Shown here: in pieces, positions 1 through 9,174 of the stretch
How the letters are laid out: every line of letters begins with the position of its first letter
Position numbering within the stretch: position 1 is the first letter of the stretch
Virus genome (UHGV): UHGV-0123226
Reading direction: 5' to 3' (one strand)
DNA from: a virus
Length of the DNA stretch: 64,000 bases
Program-made: the position numbers and the translations under genes
Notes under the pieces: model-generated
Database searches by the model: none
Seen by the model: the letters and a program-made list of their open reading frames with translations, nothing else
What the model was told of the DNA's origin: nothing

Positions 1-135
1 CAGTCTGCGTATTCTAAGGCGCCAGTGAGACAAGAGCAGTTACCAAATTGGACTGGAATGCAAGAAGATGTGCCTTTATCAGCTGAAGAATTAGCTGAAT
101 TAGAACGACAAAAACAAGAATTATTAGGAGAGTGA
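1..135 (+). CDS. C-terminal end of an upstream phage early gene (partial; possibly a recombination protein preceding ssb)
   Basis: Open frame from the window edge to a TGA at 133-135, directly upstream of ssb; too short to assign. Confidence 0.35.
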   Translation, partial: QSAYSKAPVRQEQLPNWTGMQEDVPLSAEELAELERQKQELLGE

Positions 136-139
136 CAAT

Positions 140-667
140 ATGATAAACCAAGTTGTGTTAGTTGGACGTTTAACGAAAGATATAGATTTACGCTACACCG
201 CAAGTGGTTCTGCAGTTGGAAGCTTTACTCTTGCTGTGAACCGTAACTTTACAAACCAAAACGGCGAACGAGAAGCGGATTTTATCAACTGTGTAATTTG
301 GCGTAAGCCTGCTGAAACAATGGCTAATTATGCTCGTAAAGGAACATTATTAGGAGTTGTTGGAAGAATTCAAACTCGTAATTATGACAACCAGCAAGGC
401 CAACGTGTCTATCTGACTGAAGTTGTTTGCGAGAGTTTCCAATTATTGGAATCAAAAAGCGCCAACGAGAATAGAAATAGCATTCAGACTTCACAGAATA
501 GCGGTACAAGCGTTCAAAACAATTTCGAGAGTAATTATACCACAAATCAAAACAAAGGCTTAAATCAGCAAAATAACAGCCAACAAATGTCGTTTGGTGG
601 AGATGCGGATCCGTTTGCAGGTGCAGGTAATTCAATCGACATTAGCGATGATGATCTGCCGTTCTAG
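140..667 (+). CDS. ssb: single-stranded DNA-binding protein
   Basis: OB-fold SSB N-terminal motifs ([10 protein letters not shown]...[10 protein letters not shown]), a Gln/Asn-rich linker and the canonical acidic C-terminal tail DDDLPF. Confidence 0.9.
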   Translation: MINQVVLVGRLTKDIDLRYTASGSAVGSFTLAVNRNFTNQNGEREADFINCVIWRKPAETMANYARKGTLLGVVGRIQTRNYDNQQGQRVYLTEVVCESFQLLESKSANENRNSIQTSQNSGTSVQNNFESNYTTNQNKGLNQQNNSQQMSFGGDADPFAGAGNSIDISDDDLPF

Positions 668-679
668 GAGGTTAAAGAA

Positions 680-874
680 ATGAACAGTGTAATTTTTGAA
701 GATATAGCACGTATTCAAGCTGAAAAAAAGCAAAAGCGAAAAGAAATGCTTAAGTTAATGAATGAAAACCCAGACTGGTATAAACATCCCAAAAGCATGG
801 TCTATCGTCAAATTAAATTATTTGGTAAGGATATTGGTGAGCAAACAATGGATAAATCTAAACCAATCAACTAA
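680..874 (+). CDS. hypothetical phage early protein
   Basis: RBS ggagg upstream; basic 64-aa ORF in the early operon. Confidence 0.4.
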   Translation: MNSVIFEDIARIQAEKKQKRKEMLKLMNENPDWYKHPKSMVYRQIKLFGKDIGEQTMDKSKPIN

Positions 875-1028
875 ATTGATAAAGACAAGTTCACCATTCA
901 AGAATATTTGTATTTGCAATGGATTGGTTATTCAGTGAATGCAATCATAGAAGCGTTAGGAATGCCTAGAAGCAAATTCTGGGAATATAAAGCTGAACAT
1001 TTAAATTAGATTTATGAAATGAAAGTGA

Positions 1029-1235
1029 GTGTTCATTTTGCTGGAGATTTATTACACGCCAACATCCGCAATAATTGCGGATGTATTGGCTAAAACATAT
1101 GAAGTCGTTTCTTTAGACAAAGCTAGAAATATTGCGAAGAAATTTAAGGCTAGTTTAAAGCAGAAAACAGACCTTTATGTAATTGAAAGTATTTTGATTG
1201 ATGCTGGTTATAAAAAAGAGCCAGTGAATTTATAA
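1029..1235 (+). CDS. hypothetical phage protein
   Basis: 68-aa ORF; weak evidence. Confidence 0.3.
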   Translation: MFILLEIYYTPTSAIIADVLAKTYEVVSLDKARNIAKKFKASLKQKTDLYVIESILIDAGYKKEPVNL

Positions 1236-1288
1236 GAAAGGAGCGGAGATTTGCGGCCGCATTAAAAAGCTTTTTCTCCTTTGAAATT

Positions 1289-1753
1289 ATGAAAAGAATA
1301 CTTGATGCTTGCTGTGGTAGCAGAATGTTTTGGTTTGATAAGCAAAACGAACAAGTTTTGTTTATGGACAACAGAGAACATTACGAAAAATTAGACAGTG
1401 GGCATGTTATCGATGTTAATCCTAATCTAGTTGCAGATTTTAGAAAGATGCCTTTTGAAGATAACTCGTTTTATCATGTTGTATTTGATCCTCCGCATTT
1501 ATTGAGGTGTGGTAATAACAGCTGGTTGGCTAAAAAATATGGCAAGCTAAACGAGAAAACTTGGAAAGAAGATATACAAAAAGGTTTTCATGAGTGTATG
1601 AGGGTTTCGAAGCCCAATGGGACGTTAGTTTTTAAATGGAACGAGGAACAAATCAAGTTATCTGAAATATTAAGCACAATTGATTGTGAGCCATTGTACG
1701 GCAATAAAAGAGCAAAAACACATTGGTTAGTATTTATGAAAGCGGGTGAATAA
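1289..1753 (+). CDS. putative small SAM-dependent DNA methyltransferase (DPPH motif IV variant)
   Basis: ILDACCGSR, a motif-I-like Gly-rich SAM site, followed by FDPPH, which resembles the (D/N/S)PP(Y/F/H) catalytic motif of N6A/N4C methyltransferases. Small orphan methyltransferases are typical of phage early regions. Confidence 0.4.
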   Translation: MKRILDACCGSRMFWFDKQNEQVLFMDNREHYEKLDSGHVIDVNPNLVADFRKMPFEDNSFYHVVFDPPHLLRCGNNSWLAKKYGKLNEKTWKEDIQKGFHECMRVSKPNGTLVFKWNEEQIKLSEILSTIDCEPLYGNKRAKTHWLVFMKAGE

Positions 1754-2075
1754 GATGAATGAGCAAATAAATTTGCTTGAGTTAGATAATGATAAACTTT
1801 GGCAATTTTATGGGCATTATTGTAATGACGATTGGTCCGCTAAGACAGAGACCGTGAATGGTGATGCTGATATAGTGCTAGGTTTTAGAGTTAAACTATC
1901 GAAAAATGAGCTGAGAAAAATATGCAGAGATGCCATTGAAATAAGCAGAATTAAGTATGGATATTCTGTCAGGTTTTTAACAAATAATGTAAAGAAAGAG
2001 CTGTTCGTTCGTTTTGACAACTACACGACTAGTAAAAAAAGAGATGTCTTTGAACATATAAATTTATATTTTTAA
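1746..2075 (+). CDS. hypothetical phage protein
   Basis: 109-aa ORF, translationally coupled to the upstream gene. Confidence 0.4.
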   Translation: MNKMNEQINLLELDNDKLWQFYGHYCNDDWSAKTETVNGDADIVLGFRVKLSKNELRKICRDAIEISRIKYGYSVRFLTNNVKKELFVRFDNYTTSKKRDVFEHINLYF

Positions 2076-2086
2076 GCGGAAAGCGA

Positions 2087-2503
2087 GTGAAGAAGATGAT
2101 TCCAAAGTTTAGAGCGTGGGATAAGAAATATAAAAAAATGATGAAAGTTAATCAAATTGACTTTGAGAAAAAAACAGTTTGGCTTGAGGCTGATAATGGA
2201 GATCATGAGAATAGGCATACGTTGACACGAGAATTTAAAGATGTGATCCTCATGCAATCAACAGGCTTGAAAGACAAGAACGGCGTTGAAATTTTTGAGG
2301 GTGATATTGTTCAGTATCGAGATGGAGAATATAGCTACCTAGGTATCGTTAAAAGAGACTGTTATCAATTTTTTATCGATGGAATAGAACCAGATGACAA
2401 CTATGATTTTATTGATGTTTCTAATACTTTTGATGGAACTAGTTCTTTAGAAATACTCGGAAATATTCACGAGAACCCGGAGCTATTGGAGGTCGCAGAA
2501 TGA
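2087..2503 (+). CDS. YopX family phage protein
   Basis: N-terminal IPKFRAWDKKYKKM and C-terminal LEILGNIHENPELLE are hallmarks of YopX. Confidence 0.7.
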   Translation: MKKMIPKFRAWDKKYKKMMKVNQIDFEKKTVWLEADNGDHENRHTLTREFKDVILMQSTGLKDKNGVEIFEGDIVQYRDGEYSYLGIVKRDCYQFFIDGIEPDDNYDFIDVSNTFDGTSSLEILGNIHENPELLEVAE

Positions 2504-2657
2504 GCTTTAAAGAAGCTTTCAAAGATGAATATATTGAAATTGACATAAGTAATAACGAAGAAGCAAAAGCTTTCTTTGAAGAAAATGTATATAAAAGGGA
2601 AAGAGAAATATTAAAGAAGTCAGAGGGCTTGTTTAAATGTATTGAGGAGGAAGCGGA

Positions 2658-2918
2658 ATGAGTTATGAAAATTACAAAAATTGTGTTGAAGAGGTAAAAG
2701 ACAAGAACGGTAAAGTAATTAAATATCATGACGTTGTTCGAACGTTACGAGGTGAAATTTTATTAGTCGGTTTTGGAGTAAATCACCATCATAAAACAAA
2801 AGGTTTGAATGCCTTTAATAATTTTATTGGTGCTCATGATTGGTTAGATGTTTACCCAGATGGAGAATTAGAAATCCTAGGAAATGTTGACTTTTTTGGG
2901 AGGGGCAGCGATGAATAA
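2658..2918 (+). CDS. hypothetical protein with a YopX-like C-terminus
   Basis: 86 aa; ELEILGNVDFFG resembles the YopX C-terminal motif. Confidence 0.35.
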   Translation: MSYENYKNCVEEVKDKNGKVIKYHDVVRTLRGEILLVGFGVNHHHKTKGLNAFNNFIGAHDWLDVYPDGELEILGNVDFFGRGSDE

Positions 2919-3483
2919 ACAAGAAAAAGAAGATTTAATTCAAGCGCTCTATGATATCGGAGGCTGCGATGCAGAAGATGAATGGTCAAGAGGTTATGAC
3001 GATGGAGTAAATGCAGCAATTGAGGTCATAAAAGAACTCAAAGTACAGGGAAAAGTCATATTTTCACATGAAGAGAAATTTGTGGCAGATTGGCTTGATG
3101 GTTTAAGAGGCCAAATCAGTAATGTTAAGTTAAATTCTGGTGCTGTTTTCATGACGTTCATCGGCAGACAGTTAGAGCGGTACTATGATGAAGAATACTC
3201 GTTTTTAACTGAAAAAATAGAGAGCTGGCTTACAGTTCCAAAAAATAAAGTAAAACTAATGAGCGCCATTGATAACGGCTACGAAGTCGAGAAAGAACAG
3301 TTGTATAAAGTAGTTATTGACCATAAATATTTAGTGCAACTTTTTAGTGGTAGAACTGATGCTAGACTTGTTGAGTATGAAGAACTAACAAATTGGCACG
3401 ATTCAGCATATAAACTTACTGAATCAGTAATCAAAGCAATTGATGAGCGCTATTGGGTGTTTGCTGTGAAGGTGGAGGGATAA
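2884..3483 (+). CDS. hypothetical phage protein
   Basis: 199-aa ORF with RBS; no recognisable motif. Confidence 0.5.
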   Translation: MLTFLGGAAMNKQEKEDLIQALYDIGGCDAEDEWSRGYDDGVNAAIEVIKELKVQGKVIFSHEEKFVADWLDGLRGQISNVKLNSGAVFMTFIGRQLERYYDEEYSFLTEKIESWLTVPKNKVKLMSAIDNGYEVEKEQLYKVVIDHKYLVQLFSGRTDARLVEYEELTNWHDSAYKLTESVIKAIDERYWVFAVKVEG

Positions 3484-3486
3484 TAA

Positions 3487-3687
3487 ATGGAAAAATCAAA
3501 AAGTTTGATCATATGGCTACCGACTGGTGAAACAATGAAGTTTGAAGATGTTAGGCATGTTGAAACAGTTACAACTGATTTAGAATGGGATGTTTTAAAA
3601 TTTAATTATCTAGGTATTTCAACTGGAGTAAGACGAAATGTAGTATTTGAAATGAGTAAATTAATGGGATGGGCATTGGAAGAATAA
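3487..3687 (+). CDS. hypothetical phage protein
   Basis: 66-aa ORF directly after the preceding gene. Confidence 0.4.
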   Translation: MEKSKSLIIWLPTGETMKFEDVRHVETVTTDLEWDVLKFNYLGISTGVRRNVVFEMSKLMGWALEE

Positions 3688-3705
3688 TAAATGATAGTAT
3701 AAAAA

Positions 3706-3731
3706 AACTACCTAGTTTCCGCTAGGTAGTT
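3706..3731 (+). repeat. stem-loop 1 with TTTCCGC loop (AACTACCTAG-tttccg-CTAGGTAGTT, perfect 10-bp stem)
   Basis: Perfect inverted repeat read directly from the sequence. Confidence 0.7.
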
Positions 3732-3867
3732 CTGTAAGAAATAATATTAAGTTTATTTTTTATAGTATTTTTATACCAAACCCATTATAAAAAATCAAGT
3801 ATAAAAAAGCCAACCGACCACTGGTTGACTAAAACCATATTAGTGATGAATATTCTACCAGATAAAT

Positions 3868-3893
3868 AGCCAGTCGTTTTCCGCCGACTGGCT
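3868..3893 (+). repeat. stem-loop 2 with TTTTCCGC loop (AGCCAGTCG-ttttccgc-CGACTGGCT, 9-bp stem)
   Basis: Perfect inverted repeat; same loop core as stem-loops 1 and 3 with an unrelated stem. Confidence 0.7.
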
Positions 3894-3998
3894 GAGAAGT
3901 GAATAACTATTGGAATATTATTCTTAATATAATTAATATCATAAGTAATGGTTAAATAGCAAAGAATAAGCTTTCATTTGTATATTTGCATAAATTAA

Positions 3999-4030
3999 AG
4001 GAGTTACTCAGTTTCCGCTAAGTAACTCCT
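3999..4030 (+). repeat. stem-loop 3 with TTTCCGC loop (AGGAGTTAC..tttccgc..GTAACTCCT)
   Basis: 9-bp stem plus partial extension; shares the loop core with stem-loops 1 and 2. Confidence 0.65.
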
Positions 4031-4083
4031 AATGATGGTATGTTTCACATAAAATATTATACCATATAGGAGGAGTCAAGGCT

Positions 4084-4575
4084 ATGACGTTGGTACCAGA
4101 AATAGATTACAAAAAAACAAAAGATAAAGTTCGTAGATTATTAAAAAATTGTCGAAGCCTACAACGAATGAGTGGTGTAAAAGTACATTTGCAATCTCCT
4201 ATATTATCTGATATGCCGCGACACCATAGTAACAGAAATAATGCTGAGGAAAGTATGGTTCATTTATTTAGATACACGTCTAAGTTATCAATAGAGGCAG
4301 CTAGACAACGTAGAGAGCAAGTCAGAGCGATAGAGCATACGTTAAAATCGTTGCCTGATGTCTCGAGAGAAATATTATACTATTCATATTGTGTACCGAA
4401 TCCATACAGCATGGCTAAGTTGAGTAGAACAATAAAAGTATATCGTGAAAACGAGTTTGGCCAAGTGGAAGAAATAAGCTATAGCATTAAAAATATTGAA
4501 AAGCTGAAAGACAATGCGTTAATTGAATTTGCGGAAGCCTACCATTACGAAAATTTGATAGTTCAAAAAAATTAG
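4084..4575 (+). CDS. arpU: ArpU-family phage late-gene transcriptional regulator
   Basis: 163 aa. Lies between the early genes and the packaging genes, the usual position of ArpU or RinA. Sequence features typical of ArpU-family proteins (LLKNCRSLQRM, REILYYSYC). Confidence 0.65.
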   Translation: MTLVPEIDYKKTKDKVRRLLKNCRSLQRMSGVKVHLQSPILSDMPRHHSNRNNAEESMVHLFRYTSKLSIEAARQRREQVRAIEHTLKSLPDVSREILYYSYCVPNPYSMAKLSRTIKVYRENEFGQVEEISYSIKNIEKLKDNALIEFAEAYHYENLIVQKN

Positions 4576-4736
4576 GGTTTTTTTAGGGATTATTTAGGGT
4601 TTTTAACTCGAAATCCGTTGTATTATGGTAGTATCAAAAGTCAAAGAAATGGACACAGTACACACTTTCTCGTTTAGTCACCGTTCACTTTGTCTTTCGA
4701 TGGTCACTTGCAGACTTACGTTCTCAATAAAATGAA

Positions 4737-4762
4737 GTGAGGTGAATAACCTCCTCTTTTTT
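4737..4762 (+). terminator. weak rho-independent terminator downstream of arpU
   Basis: GAGG..CCTCCTC followed by TTTTTT. Confidence 0.35.
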
Positions 4763-5167
4763 CTACAGGTTTGCAAGGGACACAAATAGTTGCTAGGGAT
4801 GCAGTAGTAACTACCTGATTCATACTAGTCGAGGTTAGGTATATTGCTCTATCCCATCATATGACGATAAGAACATTAACCAGATCTCTGCGGCAGCTGC
4901 TTACGCACGAGAGCAATTCCTAAACTCATAGAGTAGCAGCTAGGTACGTTTAGGATAAACTTAATCAATTGTTTTTGCTGGTGTTTGATTGATTGGTCAC
5001 TGTGGTGGAATATAGACCTTACAAGGTGCAAATCCTTGCCAGTGACATAATCATTTTAGCCGTGAAAGTCTGCGAAAGCTACATCCTGAAGGGAAAACAT
5101 TCTGACGAGAGTGTGTAAAGGTTAATTTGATTTATTAGCAATTGCTAGAAGGTCGCTCCTTCTGGTT

Positions 5168-5240
5168 TGGCGTGTAGCATTGTGGTAATGCAACTGATTA
5201 CGTGTGAGATAAGATGCGGGTTCGAATCCTGTCACGCCAA
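5168..5240 (+). ncRNA. tRNA-like element (acceptor stem, D-arm and canonical T-arm GGTTCGAATCC; no anticodon stem foldable by hand)
   Basis: GGCGTG/CACGCC acceptor pairing, T8, D-stem GCAT/ATGC with a GG loop, and a T-arm GCGGG-TTCGAAT-CCTGT. No 5-bp anticodon stem and no encoded CCA. Followed by a GTAGC-ata-GCTAC hairpin and a T-run. Confidence 0.3.
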
Positions 5241-5360
5241 TAGGTAGCATAGCTACTTAAATAAATTAGGAAACGTCAATAGATGTTTCTATCCTTCACG
5301 AGAGGCATCCACTTGCTGGGTGTCTCTTTTTATACATAAAATTACATAGGAGGTGAGGTC

Positions 5361-6134
5361 ATGGCAAAGTACACAGAGTGGCTGACTGACGAAGGGTTAA
5401 TTAAAATCGAAGGGTGGGCGCGAGATGGCCTCATCGATAAGCAGATAGCCCAAAATATCGGGGTAGCTTATTCAACTTTCAGAGAATGGGTAAAAAAATT
5501 TCCAGCACTTTCGGCATCCTTAAAAAGAGGAAAAGAAGTTGTTGATAGACAAGTTGAAAATGCTTTGTTTAAAAGTGCTATAGGATACGAATACACTGAA
5601 ATTACTAAAGAAAGAATGGCAGATAACGGGCAAAAGAAACGACATAATGGTGAATCATCTTTGACAGAAGAAGAGTGGGAAACAGCACTTGCTTATTTTA
5701 ATTACAGTTGTGCATATTGTGGTAATTCAGATGAGATGACTAAAGACCATCTTGACCCATTAAAAAATGGCGGCGAGTTGACTTTTTCAAATGTAGTTCC
5801 TGCATGTCGTTCTTGTAATTCAAGCAAAAAGGATCATCAATGGCTTTCGTGGTATCAAAACCAAGACTTTTACGACAGATACAAAGCAAATAAAATCACT
5901 GATTATATATCATTCGTGTTAAGCTTTCCGAAAAAAGAAGAAAACACAGAGCTAGTTGTTACAAAAGAAATAACTAAATTGGTAGCCCCTAATCCAACTG
6001 CGGCTATTTTCTGGTTAAAAAACAGAAAACCAGACAAATGGAGAGATCGAAGAGAAACCGAGGTTTCAGGATTGCTTAATATTTCCGATGCAGCAGTCGA
6101 AATCGAGCAATTTTTCGAGGATGATTCTACATGA
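5361..6134 (+). CDS. terS: terminase small subunit with an embedded HNH endonuclease domain
   Basis: N-terminal HTH region (MAKYTEWLTDEGLIKIEGWARDGL...STFREWVKK) and C-terminal AIFWLKNRKPDKWRDRRE are typical of TerS. A roughly 100-aa insert carries CAYCGN..DHLDPLKNGG..PACRSCNSSK, an HNH zinc-finger nuclease motif. Overlaps the terL start. Confidence 0.7.
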   Translation: MAKYTEWLTDEGLIKIEGWARDGLIDKQIAQNIGVAYSTFREWVKKFPALSASLKRGKEVVDRQVENALFKSAIGYEYTEITKERMADNGQKKRHNGESSLTEEEWETALAYFNYSCAYCGNSDEMTKDHLDPLKNGGELTFSNVVPACRSCNSSKKDHQWLSWYQNQDFYDRYKANKITDYISFVLSFPKKEENTELVVTKEITKLVAPNPTAAIFWLKNRKPDKWRDRRETEVSGLLNISDAAVEIEQFFEDDST

Positions 6135-7423
6135 GCCCTAAAAAGCGAAAATATTTGAACTTAATCAAAACGAACCCGGTAATTTTTGGAAATTTAGTTG
6201 GGTTTACCGACTTAGCAGAACTGCACAATGATTGGTTAAAGTCTTTTTTGTTCGAGAAAGACGATCAAACACTATTGGCTCATCGTGGCTCATTTAAAAC
6301 AACTACATTGGCGATTGCTATTGCATTGTTGATGGTTCTTTTTCCCAATAAAAATATTATCTTCTTACGTAAGACCGATACAGACGTCGTAGAGATTATT
6401 TTACAAGTGGCTAAGGTTTTATCTAGCAAATACTTTAAAACGCTTGTATTTGCATTATATGGTGTTGAATTGGTGCTTTTGAAAGAGACTACAACAGAAA
6501 TAGATACCAACTTAAAAACATCTACCCGGGGAACATCTCAATTACTTGGTATGGGGATTTATGCTTCATTAACAGGTAAACACGCGGATATCGTTATCAC
6601 TGATGATATTGTTAACATTAAAGACCGAGTAAGTCGTGCTGAACGAGAGAGGACGAAACTTCAGTATCAAGAATTGCAGAATGTTAAAAATCGCGGTGGT
6701 CGTTTTATTAACACAGGTACACCATGGCACAAAGAAGACGCTATATCTAAAATGCCTAACGTTAAGAAATTCGATTGTTACGAAACAGGATTAATTGACA
6801 AAGAACAACGTCAAGCATTGCAACAAGCGATGACACCATCATTATTTGCGGCAAACTATGAGCTAAAACATATCGCTGACAGTGAATCGCTATTTACTGC
6901 GCCAACCTATACCGACAGCATTAATCTTATTTATAACGGTGTAGCACACGTCGATGCGGCTTATGGTGGCGATGACAGCACAGCCTTTACCATCTTCAAA
7001 GAACAAAAGGATGGAACAATTATTGGATATGGTAGAAAGTGGCAGAAACATGTGGATGATTGCTTGCCTGAAATTTTGCGACTGCATCAACACTACCAGG
7101 CAGGAACTTTCCACACAGAAACGAACGGAGACAAAGGGTACTTAGCTAAGAATTTACGTGAGTGCGGTCAGTTTGTTACTGAATATCATGAATCTATGAA
7201 TAAATTTATTAAAATATCTACTTATTTGCGTAAGTACTGGCACTTGATTATTTGGTTAGAAGATACAGATAAAGAGTACATTGCCGAAATTTTGGACTAT
7301 ACAGAAAATGCAGAACATGACGATGCACCAGACAGCGCGGCCAGTCTCCTTAGGACCTTAAGCTTGAAGAATCCACAATCATTAGAGGAACGTATGGACG
7401 CTGCCAAGTTCTTCTTTGGATAA
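6131..7423 (+). CDS. terL: terminase large subunit
   Basis: 430 aa. Walker-A-like region (AHRGSFKTT), an ATPase plus RNaseH-like nuclease arrangement, and a position between terS and portal. Confidence 0.85.
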   Translation: MSPKKRKYLNLIKTNPVIFGNLVGFTDLAELHNDWLKSFLFEKDDQTLLAHRGSFKTTTLAIAIALLMVLFPNKNIIFLRKTDTDVVEIILQVAKVLSSKYFKTLVFALYGVELVLLKETTTEIDTNLKTSTRGTSQLLGMGIYASLTGKHADIVITDDIVNIKDRVSRAERERTKLQYQELQNVKNRGGRFINTGTPWHKEDAISKMPNVKKFDCYETGLIDKEQRQALQQAMTPSLFAANYELKHIADSESLFTAPTYTDSINLIYNGVAHVDAAYGGDDSTAFTIFKEQKDGTIIGYGRKWQKHVDDCLPEILRLHQHYQAGTFHTETNGDKGYLAKNLRECGQFVTEYHESMNKFIKISTYLRKYWHLIIWLEDTDKEYIAEILDYTENAEHDDAPDSAASLLRTLSLKNPQSLEERMDAAKFFFG

Positions 7424-8999
7424 AGAAAGGGATGAAAAAGTGAATAAAAAGAATGAAGTAACGTTTTTAAGAAATCACAGGTATCATAAAAATGCGAATG
7501 CGGTTTTTAGAATGGCACAGGAAGATTTTGAAAGCCTAGAATTTGATAGTGAAACATGGATTACTCAACTAAAAAGATTTGTTAATCGACATCTTGCTGA
7601 ACAAGTGCCACGTTTAAAAGAGCTTAAACGCTATTACTTAGCAGATAATAACATCAAATATCGTCCTCCAAAAACTGATGAATACGCTGCCGACAATAGA
7701 ATAGCAAGTGATTTTGCTAGATATATCACTATTTTTGAGCAAGGCTATATGTTGGGACAGCCGGTCCAGTACAAAAATGAAAATGATGAACTGCAAGAAA
7801 AAATCGATGACTTCAATAAGCAAAACAACGAAGCCTATCACAACGTACTTATCAAAACCGATTTGTCAATCTATGGCAGAGCCTACGAGTTGGAAACAAT
7901 TGCTTTACAAGATGAACAAGCGTTTGTAAAACTAGTTAAATTAAACCCAGAGCAGACATTCATTGTATATGATGATACGACTGACAGTAATTCTTTATTT
8001 GGTGTTTATTATTATTCAATAGATTATGGCGATGGGGTGCGTAAGGATTTTATAAACGTTTATACATCTGACATGTTATACATCTATGTCAATGACAACC
8101 AGAATAAAAAGGGATTGACATTATTAGACTTTGAAGATTATGCGTTTAATGGCGTACCTATTAATGAATTCGCAAATAATGAAGACCGTACAGGTGCATA
8201 CGAACCTGTTTTAGATTCAATTGATGCTTATGATTTGTCTCAATCTGAGTTAGCTAATTATCAGCAGGACACAATGGACGCTATTTTGCTTATCAAAGGA
8301 AATCCATACACAGGGACTGCTCAAAATGACTTAGATGAAGATGGTAATATTGTTCCTAATTCACGGTTAGCTGTTTCTTTAGCTTTCAAAAAAGCACGAA
8401 TAATGATTTTAGATGATAATCCAAATCCAAACGGATCAGAACCTGATGCAAAATATCTCATAAAAGAATATGACTCAGAAGGTGCAGAGACTTATAAGAA
8501 AAGATTGGTTAATGATATTTTACGATTTACTTTTACACCAGATACATTGGATGCCAATTTCAGTGGTACACAATCAGGTGAGAGTATGAAATACAAGTTA
8601 ATGGCTGCGGATAATCGGCGGGTTATGCAACAGCGCTTATTTGAAAAAGGTTTGATGAGACGATTGCGCCTAGCTATTAATATTTGGCAAATAAAAGGGA
8701 ACGATTCAACAGCTTACAATGATATTAATAATACGAATATTATATTTACTGCGAATGTTCCTAAATCAGATAACGAGATTGTTTCATTAGCTAGTCAATT
8801 AGTTGGACAAGTTTCAGATGAAACACTATTTGAAATATTGTCTACAGTAACGGGTGTCAATCCCGATGTCGAACTAAAACGTATTAAGGAAGAAACAAAT
8901 GATAAGCCAGAACCACGAAGGCCTGAAGTGAATAAGAATGAAATGGGGAATGAAGACGATGAACGAGAAGCAGCTAAAAGAATTAATGAAGATGAATGA
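7416..8999 (+). CDS. portal protein (SPP1 gp6-like)
   Basis: 527 aa, immediately after terL, with an acidic C-terminus; the size and position fit a portal. Confidence 0.8.
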   Translation: MDKERDEKVNKKNEVTFLRNHRYHKNANAVFRMAQEDFESLEFDSETWITQLKRFVNRHLAEQVPRLKELKRYYLADNNIKYRPPKTDEYAADNRIASDFARYITIFEQGYMLGQPVQYKNENDELQEKIDDFNKQNNEAYHNVLIKTDLSIYGRAYELETIALQDEQAFVKLVKLNPEQTFIVYDDTTDSNSLFGVYYYSIDYGDGVRKDFINVYTSDMLYIYVNDNQNKKGLTLLDFEDYAFNGVPINEFANNEDRTGAYEPVLDSIDAYDLSQSELANYQQDTMDAILLIKGNPYTGTAQNDLDEDGNIVPNSRLAVSLAFKKARIMILDDNPNPNGSEPDAKYLIKEYDSEGAETYKKRLVNDILRFTFTPDTLDANFSGTQSGESMKYKLMAADNRRVMQQRLFEKGLMRRLRLAINIWQIKGNDSTAYNDINNTNIIFTANVPKSDNEIVSLASQLVGQVSDETLFEILSTVTGVNPDVELKRIKEETNDKPEPRRPEVNKNEMGNEDDEREAAKRINEDE

Positions 9000-9162
9000 G
9001 AATAATCAAACACTTGAAGCTACATTTTTCGAAACGCAAAGAAGTTTAGAATTTATTGCTAAGCAAGGGAAATATCTTTTTGATAAATGTTTAGATGAGG
9101 GGTTTAATGAAAATCAGGCTTTAAGATTCACTATTGGCATTCTGACTGGCGTTTCAAATTAA
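8938..9162 (+). CDS. hypothetical small protein
   Basis: 74-aa ORF between portal and the morphogenesis gene. Confidence 0.3.
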   Translation: MKWGMKTMNEKQLKELMKMNENNQTLEATFFETQRSLEFIAKQGKYLFDKCLDEGFNENQALRFTIGILTGVSN

Positions 9163-9174
9163 GGGGCTGATTGA

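Noticed and set aside
5101-5125. Hammerhead ribozyme core (CTGACGAG)
   Set aside because: Only the CUGANGA box is present. There is no matching GAAA box or helix I/II/III pairing in the appropriate geometry.
5168-5240. Functional phage-encoded tRNA gene
   Set aside because: The acceptor, D-arm and T-arm can be drawn, but I cannot form any 5-bp anticodon stem, the total length is one short of the standard numbering, and there is no CCA. It is kept only as a tRNA-like element pending tRNAscan-SE or Infernal.
6954-7145. Small ORFs 6890..7114 (-) and 6954..7145 (+) inside terL
   Set aside because: They are nested within the terminase large-subunit reading frame, with no support.
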